Virus record (IMG/VR): IMGVR_UViG_3300044846_005433
Location: 3,143-67,142 of that record
Source of the DNA: a virus
Length of the DNA stretch: 64,000 bases
Reading direction: 5' to 3' (one strand)
In this document: positions 10,159 to 22,917 of the stretch, in pieces
How the letters are laid out: every line of letters starts with the position of its first letter
How positions within the stretch are numbered: position 1 is the stretch's first letter
The notes under the pieces: generated by a model
Databases searched by the model: none
The model's input: the letters and a program-made list of their open reading frames with translations, nothing else
What the model was told of the DNA's origin: nothing
Translations under genes and position numbers: made by a program

Positions 10159-11103
10159 ATGAGATTAGGATATTGCTGCATAAACCTTAGCCTTCGAGAC
10201 CAAGGCATCACTATTAACAGAGGAATGGTCAAAAAGACTTGGCTGGCTCAAGGTATCAAATATGCTGGCGAACTTGCTGAGCTCAATCTTAAAGATCTCC
10301 ATAAAATACTAGAGTGGAATGTTGCACATGATATCCAAGTATATCGCATGTCCAGTGATATTTTTCCATGGATGAGCGAGTATCGTCTTGAAGATCTTCC
10401 TAACTATCAACAGATCAGGGATATTGCTGAACAAATTGGCAAATATGTTAATCAACACAGCTTACGTCTTTCCTTTCATCCAGGTCAGTTTGACGTACTT
10501 GCTTCCCCTAACGAGGAAGTTGTGCGTAAAACCATTTATGATCTCGATCAACACGCTCGTATTATGGATCTTATACTCCTTCCTCAAAATTACGATGCAC
10601 CAATCAATATCCATATCGGTGGTTCATATGGAGACAAAGAGTCTGCACTAGCTAGGTTTTGTGAAAATTTCCAAAAACTCGCCCCGTCTACTCGTGCTCG
10701 ACTAGTCGTAGAAAATGATGACAAAGCAAGTCAGTTTGGAGTAGCTGATCTCTATTCTGGTGTCTACATGAAAGTTGGCTGTCCAATTACATTCGATCAT
10801 TTTCACCATCGATTTTGTACTAATGACCTACCTGCAGAGACTGCTGCGCGTCTTGCCTCTACTACTTGGCATGGACATCGTCCTCTACAACATTTTTCTA
10901 GTTCAAAGGCTCTCCATGAAGACGCTACCGTAATTAATCGTTCGCATGCTGACTACATTTATGACTACATTCCAGACTATGGTCAAGATGCAGATGTTGA
11001 AGTTGAAGCAAAAGCAAAAGACCTTGCTGTACTAAAGTATCGTGAAGACGCTAAAACCATTGCCCCTTTTTCAGTTAAATTATTTGAATTTGAAACTATA
11101 TAA
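10159..11103 (+). CDS. uvsE: UV DNA damage endonuclease UvsE/UVDE
   Basis: MRLGYCCIN, YRMSSDIFP, RLSFHPGQF, INIHIGG, LVVENDD, FDHFHH, HADY and EAKAKDLA motifs. Confidence 0.95.
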   Translation: MRLGYCCINLSLRDQGITINRGMVKKTWLAQGIKYAGELAELNLKDLHKILEWNVAHDIQVYRMSSDIFPWMSEYRLEDLPNYQQIRDIAEQIGKYVNQHSLRLSFHPGQFDVLASPNEEVVRKTIYDLDQHARIMDLILLPQNYDAPINIHIGGSYGDKESALARFCENFQKLAPSTRARLVVENDDKASQFGVADLYSGVYMKVGCPITFDHFHHRFCTNDLPAETAARLASTTWHGHRPLQHFSSSKALHEDATVINRSHADYIYDYIPDYGQDADVEVEAKAKDLAVLKYREDAKTIAPFSVKLFEFETI

Positions 11104-11107
11104 AATC

Positions 11108-11281
11108 ATGAAATACATACCTTTAATTTTTAGCGGAATAGGCACAATTTGCAGTATTTTACTTGCGCTCTACTGTTTTTTTAATCATCAGAGCGACGAA
11201 GCTACTGCTTGGGGTGTAGGCGCTATTTGGGCTACAAATTGCGTAATCTATGACTTAATCAATCTTAAAAATGGGAACTAA
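11108..11281 (+). CDS. Small two-TM membrane protein
   Basis: ATG at 11108 (MKYIPLIFSGIGTICSILLALYCFF...); two hydrophobic stretches. Confidence 0.55.
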   Translation: MKYIPLIFSGIGTICSILLALYCFFNHQSDEATAWGVGAIWATNCVIYDLINLKNGN

Positions 11282-11774
11282 TTACTATCGTATTCCTACT
11301 GAAGAAGAAGTAGAAAAGCGTAAAGCTAAGCTTATTAAGCGTATTAAGTCGCTTGAATTAACTCCTTCAAATATCGAAAGAAATTTTAGTACTTTACAAG
11401 GAGAAAATGAATGGGACACAATCAATCCTTGGGATGAATTTACTTCAGATCTTTCTATTCATCTAGGTAAACGTAGCGTAGGTTGGCTTTTTTGCTGGAA
11501 CTTTCATAAGAACCGGTATTTTAACAATAAAGCCACCCTACTTCAGTTTATTAGAGCCGGTCGAGTAGTTGACGAATATGGGTGTGAAGAAGACCCTGAA
11601 GAATTTATTAAAATGGCCCTTGACTGGGGACAACCTAATGGATGGCGATACGATGCTTTCTATATAGAACAGGAACGTAAAAACAGTAGAAGACCTACTC
11701 ATTTTGACAATCCGACATATTATGATAGAAATATCGATGGACTTAGAGTTTCTTCATCAACCAACTTTAGTTAA
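11271..11774 (+). CDS. Hypothetical phage protein
   Basis: 167-aa ORF; MGTNYY...HLGKRSVGW pattern familiar from phage hypothetical proteins. Confidence 0.7.
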   Translation: MGTNYYRIPTEEEVEKRKAKLIKRIKSLELTPSNIERNFSTLQGENEWDTINPWDEFTSDLSIHLGKRSVGWLFCWNFHKNRYFNNKATLLQFIRAGRVVDEYGCEEDPEEFIKMALDWGQPNGWRYDAFYIEQERKNSRRPTHFDNPTYYDRNIDGLRVSSSTNFS

Positions 11775-11804
11775 TTATTAAAAATAATATAGTATAGTAA
11801 CAAC

Positions 11805-12221
11805 ATGGAAAACAAAAGAATTATCGTAAATCAAATTCGTACCCCAGATGGTACAATTTTAAAATCAATGCACAGACATGATTATGTTCAATATACCGAT
11901 AAAAACGGTAAGGACTACATGGTAGATGGTGGAACTGACTACCTACGTAGAATCGTACACGAAGAAGCTCCATATGAAGAACTAACCATTTATGAAGATT
12001 CGCCATTTGAAATAATTCGTGAGAATTTATGTCGAGGTGGTCGCGGGAAAGATGGTACTCAACCTCTTACTTGGGTACCGATGAATCAGATGAATGATAA
12101 TTGGCTTGCTGCATGTATTATCTACAATGAAGAACGTGGCATGGGCGACAGTTTTGCAAATGAAATGTACCGAAAAGAACAAGACTATCGTAAGGAACAT
12201 AATATTACAATTACTGAGTAA
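11805..12221 (+). CDS. Hypothetical phage protein
   Basis: 138 aa; SMHRHDY...MVDGGTDYLRR motif. Confidence 0.7.
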   Translation: MENKRIIVNQIRTPDGTILKSMHRHDYVQYTDKNGKDYMVDGGTDYLRRIVHEEAPYEELTIYEDSPFEIIRENLCRGGRGKDGTQPLTWVPMNQMNDNWLAACIIYNEERGMGDSFANEMYRKEQDYRKEHNITITE

Positions 12222-12226
12222 ATAAA

Positions 12227-12727
12227 ATGGAACACCAAATTCAAGGATCAATAATGAGTCCATGCTTTATGACAGAGGCAGATTTCGAAGAAGCTTATCG
12301 TAACTCTACTTTTTACGTAGAGTCAAATTATTTAAACGAGTATCGAAAACACCTTGCTGCATTAGAGCACATTGCAAATATTGCAAAGAGCTATATCTTT
12401 AATAACTGGAAACGCGTCAGTGACTGGTCTAGTCTTAATGTCATTATTATACATGGCCCAAGTGGAGTTGCTACTGAATATTATAATTATGTTCCAACTG
12501 ATTTCACTAAAATTAATAGTGAGACCTGGCGTAAACTTCGTGAAGAAATGGATCAACGCGAAAAAGAAAAGCATAATCCTATCCTTGAATTTAATGAGGT
12601 AGTTTTAGATCCTACTGATGGAGATTTTTCAATTACTGTAAATGGAGATCAAGCACACTGGTGGATTCAAGATGAAGCTGTGATTCTTATTGCGGACTAC
12701 ATAGAAAAACAACTTAACTCTAAATAA
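12227..12727 (+). CDS. Hypothetical protein
   Basis: 166-aa ORF within the operon. Confidence 0.6.
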   Translation: MEHQIQGSIMSPCFMTEADFEEAYRNSTFYVESNYLNEYRKHLAALEHIANIAKSYIFNNWKRVSDWSSLNVIIIHGPSGVATEYYNYVPTDFTKINSETWRKLREEMDQREKEKHNPILEFNEVVLDPTDGDFSITVNGDQAHWWIQDEAVILIADYIEKQLNSK

Positions 12728-12728
12728 C

Positions 12729-13481
12729 ATGTATACACAACCTGAAATTCAAAAAATGGTCTTCTTTGACCTAGAAACTGCATCTACTTATTCTTCATTA
12801 AGTGAATTACGTTTAGCTAATTCAAAAATGGCTGAACTTTGGGAGAAACGATGTGACTATCTTCGTACTCGCTTTGAAGAAAATAAAGCAATGAGTAATG
12901 ATGAGCTTTATGTAGCAAAAGCGGGATTAACTCCAGAATTTAGTCGTATTGTATGTGCTTCCTTTGGAAGAATCTCTTTTCAGGGAGACGATATTACTGG
13001 AGTTGAACCAGCTCTCTTAATTAAGAGTTATTCAGCATTAGATGAATCACCCGTTCTTGCTGGAATTCAAAAAGTTTTTACTTCATTTGCCAGCAATAAA
13101 TTTGTTGGACATAATATCAAGCGCTTTGATATTCCAATGATGTGCAAGAGAATTATTATGTCTGGCTCGCAATTACCGAAAGGTTTACAAATACAAAATT
13201 TGAAACCTTGGGAAATGCCTTTTGTTGATACTTCTGAATTGTGGAGCTTTGGTGCATGGCAAGAAAGTTTTGCTTCACTTGAGTTATTAGCTACTTCTCT
13301 TGGCTTAGAGACTCCAAAGGACGATATCCGAGGAGACGAAGTCGGTCAGGTTTTTTGGCAAGATCGAGATATTGCTCGTATCACCAAATATTGCGAAAAA
13401 GACGTAATGGCCACTGCTCAAATAATTTTGAAACTTTCCGGTCTGCCTGTAGTAGAAGATTACCAGCTACAAAGCAATTAA
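12729..13481 (+). CDS. Stand-alone DEDD 3'-5' exonuclease (PolB-exonuclease-related)
   Basis: ExoI FFDLET, ExoII GHNIKRFDIP, ExoIII YCEKDV. Confidence 0.85.
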   Translation: MYTQPEIQKMVFFDLETASTYSSLSELRLANSKMAELWEKRCDYLRTRFEENKAMSNDELYVAKAGLTPEFSRIVCASFGRISFQGDDITGVEPALLIKSYSALDESPVLAGIQKVFTSFASNKFVGHNIKRFDIPMMCKRIIMSGSQLPKGLQIQNLKPWEMPFVDTSELWSFGAWQESFASLELLATSLGLETPKDDIRGDEVGQVFWQDRDIARITKYCEKDVMATAQIILKLSGLPVVEDYQLQSN

Positions 13482-13483
13482 TA

Positions 13484-15885
<2,402 letters not shown>

Positions 15886-15913
15886 TCACGGCCATTTTTA
15901 TGCAACTTTAATA

Positions 15914-15941
15914 AAAAGAGACAGCCCGCGCTGTCTCTTTT
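15914..15941 (+). terminator. Intrinsic terminator after groEL
   Basis: AAAAGAGACAGC-CCGC-GCTGTCTCTTTT hairpin. Confidence 0.85.
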
Positions 15942-15947
15942 GCATTT

Positions 15948-15956
15948 AATAAATAA
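15948..15956 (+). promoter_or_regulatory. Late promoter motif (AATAAATAA)
   Basis: gp55-type TATAAATA-like box about 24 nt upstream of the 1503-aa ORF. Confidence 0.6.
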
Positions 15957-15979
15957 TCCTATACAAATAATCCTTTTTC

Positions 15980-18900
15980 TTGTCTTATTCAATACTAGAC
16001 ATTCTAATAAATGAAGTAGCAAATGCCCTTGGAATAACTCCAGACGAGGTAAAGAACCGATTTACCCAAGAACAGCTTAATGATTTACTAAATAATTCAT
16101 TGTGCACTCCGCTTGGAGATACTGGAGTACCTTTTGCCTCTACTGAAATTCCATGTGATGATCTTGCGGTGCCAGATTTATTACCTCCAATTGATGTAAA
16201 TGTTGAAGTTCCAAAATCTGATCCAACCAAGGTACAAAAGTGTATTGATAACCTTGAGGAGACTAATAAAATAATTGAAGCTCAAATTGAGCTTTATAAT
16301 CAACATCGAATCCTATTAGATAAGTTAGTCGAATATCGAGACAACTATGCAATAATCGCAATCTACTATCAAGAACGAGCAAATGAAGCTGCTCGAATAC
16401 TTGGCGAATTTGGTCCTCTTATTACTGAACTTCGTCGACTTGAAACTCTCAAAGCATCTCTCGCTACTGAACTTTCAACTCGACAAACTGCATTGACTGC
16501 TGCTCAAAATGCATATAGTCAATTTTCAAGCACTGCAAATCAAACCGCTGTTCTTGCCGCTTATAATTTAGTCAACGATACTAAAGCTGCAATCGACCAG
16601 AATGCTAAAAATATTGATACACAAAATGCAAAGCTAACAACTGAGGAACAAAAATTTCCAATTTTTAGCAATCAACTATATCGAGACGTTTTAAATAACC
16701 TAAATAATTCAGAATATATTGCAGGTTATCTTAAAACTCTATATGATGATATTTTTACTACCTCTGAAATTAATAGCATTAGCCAACAAGTTGAAGCCTA
16801 TTCAGAAGGCGTCATTTTAAGAGGATTTGGAGATGCCCCAAACAATCTTACCGAAGTATTTCAAAATAGATATGTTAAGCTTGATTTACAGATTCCAACA
16901 ATTGATTATATTCGTACTACCAAGGAGAAATTTAATAAAGAAAACGGCGAGTCATACCAAGAAACTTTAGACTATCTTATTCGAAAGAGTCCATTACTTG
17001 AAAAGACTTCTTTCTTTGAAAACACTAACAATTTTATTCTTACTAATTTTCCATTAGAGAATAGAGGATTGCCCACTGGGACAATATATCAAAACTATTA
17101 TAATTGGTTCGAGGACCCAGTAAATAGATTCTTTTCATTAGAAGAAAGAGGGCTTACTACTAATATTGCGCTAGTTGATCCTAATCTAAAGGGTACTGGT
17201 TCTGAAACAAAGAAAGAAAATAATGCTGACTATTATATTCAAAATATTAATACTCTACAGAATTTTTATAATGAGTTTGATAGCCGATTTGAAATCAGAA
17301 AAGCTGAACAACGTGCAAAGATAATTGACACTGCACAAAATGCAATTCGTACAACTATGAAGTTGATTGCAAAAAGAGAAATTACAGTAATACTTGCTCT
17401 TTCAAACGTAAATAAATTTCTTCCTGCTGAGAGCGCGACTTTAGAAACTGCCATTCAAAAATTAAATCGAGAAAACGGAGAAGCCATTCAAAAGTTAGCT
17501 GATCTTGATAGTGAAATCTCTAGAATAAAACAGCGTGTATCTGAACTTAAACCCGATCCAGCAAAGATAAAAACTCTCTTAAAAACTAAGAGTCCAGAGT
17601 GTTTTGACAATATTGATAAAGAGGTTAGTGACTGTAGCGAAACAAAAGGTCTATTAGGGTCTGACCCATTTTTTACAAAAACTATTGGGGGAGTAGATCC
17701 TACTCTACCTAATATGAATCAAATGTGTTATTGGATTGAGTTTGCAAAAATTGCAACCCTGGTTGGATTATTACCAATTCCAAATGCAACTGCTCCACCA
17801 CAATTACGATATTGGCCAGTTGGCCTAACGATCCCTTATCCAGGCGGATTAATTAAAATCCCTTTACCGATTATATGGATACCGCTTGTTGCAATTTCAA
17901 CACCACTAGGTAGTGTCGTTCTATTTTTAACAATTAATGGAATCTTTATTTCACCAGTTGTATTTTTTGTTTCAAGCACAGGATTTAAACAACATATTCT
18001 TACAGTAAAAGGTCCATCTAAACAATTTGGTTATACTGCAGAGGATGCGTCAATTAAACCTGGAATTCAAGTACCAGCCTCTTTGCTTGCTGCTAAAGCA
18101 AAAGCCAATCGATTATTAAATGCACCAAATTTTGGTCTCTCGCCAGAAGAATTAATTCAACAGCAGAGACAACAAAATATTCTTAGCGCAAAAGAGGCAT
18201 CTGCCAATAGAACAGGTAACGAAAATCAGCAAGCTAAAGTAAAAAGAGAAAAGGCTAATTTTGAAAAAGCAAAAGATGATCGACTTAAATCTGGAGAAGA
18301 AAAACTTGCAGAGCTTCTTGATAAGGGTGAATCTGTAAAAGATATAATTGATGATACTAAAAAGAGTCTCCTAAATCGGATTGATGAATTAGGAAAACCT
18401 GCACTCTCCGCCTCAAACAAACTTAAAGATAAAATCGCAGCACGTCGTGCACAATTATTGGAAGAGTTGAAGGGTGCACTAGTTGAGGGTGACGATGCTA
18501 AGATCGATGGGATACGTGCAAAGTTAGGCGAAGAGGGAGTAGACATGTCTGCTAAAATTCAAGCAGTAAAAGACGATGCGATGGCATATTTCAATAAACT
18601 GAAATTTCCAAAAATCACAATTCCAAAAGATACTTCAACAATTGACCCTAAGCTTAATGCAATACAAGAATTAGTACTTAAGGTTGCAGATTTTTCAAGC
18701 ATTTCAGGCACGCAATTCTTTTCAAAAGACGACTCTAAAGTTCAAAAGTTAATTACTCGACAAATTGCAAAAAGCAAAGATAAAGTAAAATCTGCTATCT
18801 CTTCAGTTGCAGCAATCGATGGAACAATAGATCTTGAAAAGGAACCTGAAAAAATAAAAGCAGCACTAAAGAAAATTAATAAGACTCTTATTGATGATCT

Positions 18901-20491
18901 TACTGGAGCTGGCGAAGTTCCTAGTATTTCTGGAATCCAAAAGGAAATTAAAGAGGTTCAGACTCAACTTGAAAAAGAAACAGATACTGTTAAGAAAACT
19001 AATCTTAGAAAAAAATTACAAGAAAAACAAGTTTCTCTTTCAGCTGCTCTTGAAAAGGATAAGATAAAAAAGGCATTTGCATTAACTCCAGCAGCGTTGA
19101 CTGCTTTATCTCAAGTCTCAGTTGATTTTAATCCATTTGCTTCTTGCTGTAAAAAGAAACCATTTGAATTACCGACAGACTTAAGTCCAGCCCTTGCAAT
19201 ATTTTCAACTACACTAGGTTTACTTAATTCGTATGTTGACACAATGTCAGTTGCTGACCTTAAAGCGATGTTTGGCGGAAAGACAAAAATATCAGCAAAT
19301 GATATTACTGGTGCAATGCTAGGAATGGTCAAGAAAATTATTCCAATAAGCCTAGAGATACCCCTGCCGGCACTAAACTTATTAACCTTTGCTACTTCTT
19401 TTGCTGCAGTTTTGGGAGGCCTGTTTGAACCCAAAGCACCTAATTTGGGCGCACAGCCTGCTCTTCCAACTAGTGTTACAATAGATTTAAACCTATTGAA
19501 AAAACCAATGATTGACTTGCTCATTAAGTTTCTAGCAAACTGTTTACCTGATGGTGCGCCTTCTCCAGCTGAACCTAAAGCAAGTTCTCCTGCAACTCTT
19601 GCTGGAAAAAATAATTTATTAGCTGCTGGTAAACAATCAGTAATTAGTAACTCAGTAAAAGCAGCAAAACTCGATCCTAATATTAAACTTGTAAATTGTG
19701 AGCCAGATACTTCGACCAAATCTGCAATATCTAGCGGACAGTATGATCCTGCAACAAATTCTGGTCCGGCAACATCGAGTGGACTTTTAAATCCATATCA
19801 AAAACCAACGTCTTCACAGTTTAGTTCAAGCAATGTAGTAGTAGATTCACGCAAAGATATATTGCCTAATTTTCAGACCTTAGATATTGACTTTTTAAAT
19901 ATTAATCCTGGAGATATTCTTGTAATTATCAAAAACTTTATCGATCTTATTTTTGATAAGATTGAACGCCTACTTGAACCATTTTATACACTATTAAAAG
20001 TTGTAAAAGGACTAAAGGGGGTTAACTTAAACGTACTAGAAGCAGTTCAACATAAAGCTCCACCATATGGCCCAGCATCGGAAGCCATTCACCTAGCCAT
20101 CACTAATCTTAAAAAACAGATCCCAAAATCGGCAACTGTAAAAATGATTAATACTAGTGCAGTTGAAGCGGCAGCTAAACAGTTAGAGACAATACTTTCT
20201 CCAGTTATGAGTACGCCATTGCCAGGGTTAATCGTTGCCGGCGCTGGTGCAGTAGATGTTATTTTACCAGCATTAAAAGTTCCTAGCATAGATGCTGCAA
20301 CTGGTGCAATTGCGACAAAGGACGTTAAGGCCACTTCTCTTGCACTAAGATCGATACACCCTCTTCTTGCACAAGACGATCTTCCTCCTTGGGAGAGGCT
20401 TACGGCTAAAAATCTACTGTTTCTCTTATTCGTAGACGAATTTGTTGCAAATGCTGCAGATAAAGTTGGATTTTTTAGATCATTTGTCTAA
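15980..20491 (+). CDS. Very large hypothetical protein, probably a virion component; coiled coils plus hydrophobic core
   Basis: 1503-aa ORF with TTG start, late motif upstream and a Pro-rich hydrophobic segment around aa 590-665. Confidence 0.65.
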   Translation: MSYSILDILINEVANALGITPDEVKNRFTQEQLNDLLNNSLCTPLGDTGVPFASTEIPCDDLAVPDLLPPIDVNVEVPKSDPTKVQKCIDNLEETNKIIEAQIELYNQHRILLDKLVEYRDNYAIIAIYYQERANEAARILGEFGPLITELRRLETLKASLATELSTRQTALTAAQNAYSQFSSTANQTAVLAAYNLVNDTKAAIDQNAKNIDTQNAKLTTEEQKFPIFSNQLYRDVLNNLNNSEYIAGYLKTLYDDIFTTSEINSISQQVEAYSEGVILRGFGDAPNNLTEVFQNRYVKLDLQIPTIDYIRTTKEKFNKENGESYQETLDYLIRKSPLLEKTSFFENTNNFILTNFPLENRGLPTGTIYQNYYNWFEDPVNRFFSLEERGLTTNIALVDPNLKGTGSETKKENNADYYIQNINTLQNFYNEFDSRFEIRKAEQRAKIIDTAQNAIRTTMKLIAKREITVILALSNVNKFLPAESATLETAIQKLNRENGEAIQKLADLDSEISRIKQRVSELKPDPAKIKTLLKTKSPECFDNIDKEVSDCSETKGLLGSDPFFTKTIGGVDPTLPNMNQMCYWIEFAKIATLVGLLPIPNATAPPQLRYWPVGLTIPYPGGLIKIPLPIIWIPLVAISTPLGSVVLFLTINGIFISPVVFFVSSTGFKQHILTVKGPSKQFGYTAEDASIKPGIQVPASLLAAKAKANRLLNAPNFGLSPEELIQQQRQQNILSAKEASANRTGNENQQAKVKREKANFEKAKDDRLKSGEEKLAELLDKGESVKDIIDDTKKSLLNRIDELGKPALSASNKLKDKIAARRAQLLEELKGALVEGDDAKIDGIRAKLGEEGVDMSAKIQAVKDDAMAYFNKLKFPKITIPKDTSTIDPKLNAIQELVLKVADFSSISGTQFFSKDDSKVQKLITRQIAKSKDKVKSAISSVAAIDGTIDLEKEPEKIKAALKKINKTLIDDLTGAGEVPSISGIQKEIKEVQTQLEKETDTVKKTNLRKKLQEKQVSLSAALEKDKIKKAFALTPAALTALSQVSVDFNPFASCCKKKPFELPTDLSPALAIFSTTLGLLNSYVDTMSVADLKAMFGGKTKISANDITGAMLGMVKKIIPISLEIPLPALNLLTFATSFAAVLGGLFEPKAPNLGAQPALPTSVTIDLNLLKKPMIDLLIKFLANCLPDGAPSPAEPKASSPATLAGKNNLLAAGKQSVISNSVKAAKLDPNIKLVNCEPDTSTKSAISSGQYDPATNSGPATSSGLLNPYQKPTSSQFSSSNVVVDSRKDILPNFQTLDIDFLNINPGDILVIIKNFIDLIFDKIERLLEPFYTLLKVVKGLKGVNLNVLEAVQHKAPPYGPASEAIHLAITNLKKQIPKSATVKMINTSAVEAAAKQLETILSPVMSTPLPGLIVAGAGAVDVILPALKVPSIDAATGAIATKDVKATSLALRSIHPLLAQDDLPPWERLTAKNLLFLLFVDEFVANAADKVGFFRSFV

Positions 20492-20517
20492 ACCATAATA
20501 CTAAATAGTTGTATAAT
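20491..20517 (+). promoter_or_regulatory. Early/middle-type promoter motif (AAACC...GTATAAT)
   Basis: Recurring AAC-N16/17-GTAWAA motif upstream of the S1-like gene. Confidence 0.55.
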
Positions 20518-20538
20518 TTAATACTAAACGTACCTTAT

Positions 20539-21717
20539 ATGATTTCACCAAATTTCGACGATTCAATTTTTCAGAACACTGGAAAGTACAACACATTAAT
20601 TAAATTAACCGAGGAAGACAAAAAAAACAAAGTTAAAGTTTTTTGTAAAGAACCCTATGCTCAAGCGTTATATGACGCAATGGTTGCATATGACAAGTCT
20701 TCAGGCATTACTAAATTTAGTAAAGACCTAACTGAAGGCCAAGTTTACAAAGTAAAAGCCAAAACGATCTCTGCGCAAGATCGCATGATCTATGCAGAAG
20801 AATCAAATTCAAAATGCATGGTCTCAATTCCATTTAGAGAATATTCTAAATCATTAGAAGATTTAGCAAAAGGACACGAAAAACTCGAGTTCCTTGTTAC
20901 TCTATATAAAGTGACTCAACATGGAGAATTCTTAGCGTCTGAGAAGAAAGCCCTTTCTATTTCATACAAACAGGAACTTTTCGATCACTTAAAAAACAAT
21001 ACATGGTTTGATGTAAAAATCACCAAATTAATTAAAGGTGGGTATCTTGCAATCTACAATAAAGAAATTGAATGCTTTATTCCTGGGTCACATGCGGCAG
21101 CCAACGTAGTTCATAACTTTAGCGATCTTCTAGGAAAGACCCTTACTGTTATGGTAGACAATTATGATGCAGCAAACAATCTTTTCATCTTATCATATAA
21201 GAAATACGTTACTGCATCTATGCCAATAATGATAAGTGAACTTCAATTTGACAAAGAGTATGTCGGCACATTAACTAACAGACCTTATGACTTTGGAGTA
21301 TTTATTGAATTTGAAAACTATTACACTGGACTAGTACACAAGTCTGAATTTGAGAACTATGACGAGGTTTGTAAGAAAATGAAGTCTGGAGATAAGCTTA
21401 ATGTTTATGTTAAGGATGTTACCTCTAAAAACGGACAATACCGTATCGTGCTTACCCTAAATCCTGAACAAGTAAACAATGAGAAATTGCAATGGCAGAC
21501 TCTTAGAAACAGAACCGAAAATCAAAGTTTTAGATACAGTATCAGTGAGGCCAATAATTCAATCTCTATTGATATAGACGGAGAGAATTTTGAAGTTGCC
21601 TTAAAACGTAAGGATCTTGAAAGAAACCTTAATAAGTATCCACTTGTTAAAGTATTTAAAGTTGATCCAATTAACAAACGTCTTAAGTTTGAATTCGTTG
21701 AGGAAAATATTAATTAA
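20539..21717 (+). CDS. Ribosomal protein S1-like multi-S1-domain RNA-binding protein
   Basis: S1 repeats VKITKLIKGGYLA...CFIPGSH and DFGVFIEFENYYTGLVHKSE...GDKLNVYVKDV; likely ATG at 20539. Confidence 0.8.
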   Translation: MISPNFDDSIFQNTGKYNTLIKLTEEDKKNKVKVFCKEPYAQALYDAMVAYDKSSGITKFSKDLTEGQVYKVKAKTISAQDRMIYAEESNSKCMVSIPFREYSKSLEDLAKGHEKLEFLVTLYKVTQHGEFLASEKKALSISYKQELFDHLKNNTWFDVKITKLIKGGYLAIYNKEIECFIPGSHAAANVVHNFSDLLGKTLTVMVDNYDAANNLFILSYKKYVTASMPIMISELQFDKEYVGTLTNRPYDFGVFIEFENYYTGLVHKSEFENYDEVCKKMKSGDKLNVYVKDVTSKNGQYRIVLTLNPEQVNNEKLQWQTLRNRTENQSFRYSISEANNSISIDIDGENFEVALKRKDLERNLNKYPLVKVFKVDPINKRLKFEFVEENIN

Positions 21718-21864
21718 TTTTTTCCAAATCAACTCATCAAAAGTCGGTTCAGAATAAATAATACTGAATGGTCTTTCAAAACTCCTAAATACGCTTTAAT
21801 AATAAAAAGTTAGTTATTAGTGATGCTAATGATAGGCTCAGTTTGTCTAAAATAAGTAGAAATA

Positions 21865-22875
21865 ATGGTAAATAGCACACTTTTTAAAGAAAGAATAGAA
21901 TATAAGCCCTTTGAGTATCCAGTTTACTACAATGAGGGCTGGTTAAAACAAGCACAAGCATTTTGGTTACACACCGAGATTTCAATGCAAGGCGACGTAA
22001 AGGACTGGAATGAAAATTTAACAAATTCTGAAAAAAACCTAGTTGGAAATATTTTGCTAGGTTTTGCACAAACTGAATGCGCGGTCTCAGACTACTGGAC
22101 TGGAATGGTAACTAAATGGTTCCCAAAACACGAAATCAAGCAAATGGCTATAATGTTTGGCTCTCAGGAAACAATTCATGCCACTGCCTACTCTTATTTG
22201 AATGAAACACTAGGCCTTGAAGATTTTAAGGCCTTTTTACATGAACCGGCAACTGCAGCTAAATTTGAATTTTTAGTAGAAACCAAAGCTGAATATACTC
22301 ATGAAGACTTATTAAATTCTGCAGATGTTCGTAAGGACGTTGCTCGTTCGCTTGCAATCTTTTCGGCTTTTGCAGAAGGAGTTTCTCTCTATTCTTCATT
22401 TGCTGTGCTGTATTCATTCCAGATGCGCAATTTTCTTAAAGGAATTGGTCAACAGATGAAATGGTCAGTGCGTGATGAATCTTTACATTCTAAAATGGGA
22501 TGCCAATTATTTAGACACATGTGCGAAGAATATCCTGAATTAAAGGATGCAGTTCAGGTGATGGTAGAAGAAGCAGCAAATCTTATGGTTGAGATGGAGC
22601 TTAAATTTATTGATAAAATGTTTGAAATGGGAGACCTTGAAAACTTAAAGGCAGTCGATTTGAAAGAGTTTATCAAAAAAAGAGCAAACGAAAAACTTAA
22701 CGAATTAGGATATGAATCTATTTTTCACTATGACGACGAAAAAGCATCAAATTTAGATTGGTTCTATCATCTAACTGGTGGAACTACTTGGACCGACTTT
22801 TTTGCAATTAGATCTACTGATTATTCTAAATCTGGAGAGTCAGAAAATTGGGATGAAGACCATTTATTTTCATAG
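21865..22875 (+). CDS. nrdB: Ribonucleotide reductase class Ia beta subunit
   Basis: YKPFEYP, FAQTE, ETIHATAY, FAEGVSLYSSF and RDESLH di-iron motifs. Confidence 0.95.
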   Translation: MVNSTLFKERIEYKPFEYPVYYNEGWLKQAQAFWLHTEISMQGDVKDWNENLTNSEKNLVGNILLGFAQTECAVSDYWTGMVTKWFPKHEIKQMAIMFGSQETIHATAYSYLNETLGLEDFKAFLHEPATAAKFEFLVETKAEYTHEDLLNSADVRKDVARSLAIFSAFAEGVSLYSSFAVLYSFQMRNFLKGIGQQMKWSVRDESLHSKMGCQLFRHMCEEYPELKDAVQVMVEEAANLMVEMELKFIDKMFEMGDLENLKAVDLKEFIKKRANEKLNELGYESIFHYDDEKASNLDWFYHLTGGTTWTDFFAIRSTDYSKSGESENWDEDHLFS

Positions 22876-22917
22876 TAAATTGTTTTATCACTTAACTATA
22901 GATAAAAAAATAATATA

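Noticed and set aside
13355-13483. N-terminal extensions given by the ORF track (also 35831, 46698, 46774, 50403, 11042, 20509)
   Set aside because: They overlap upstream genes or promoter motifs; downstream starts fit the operon spacing better
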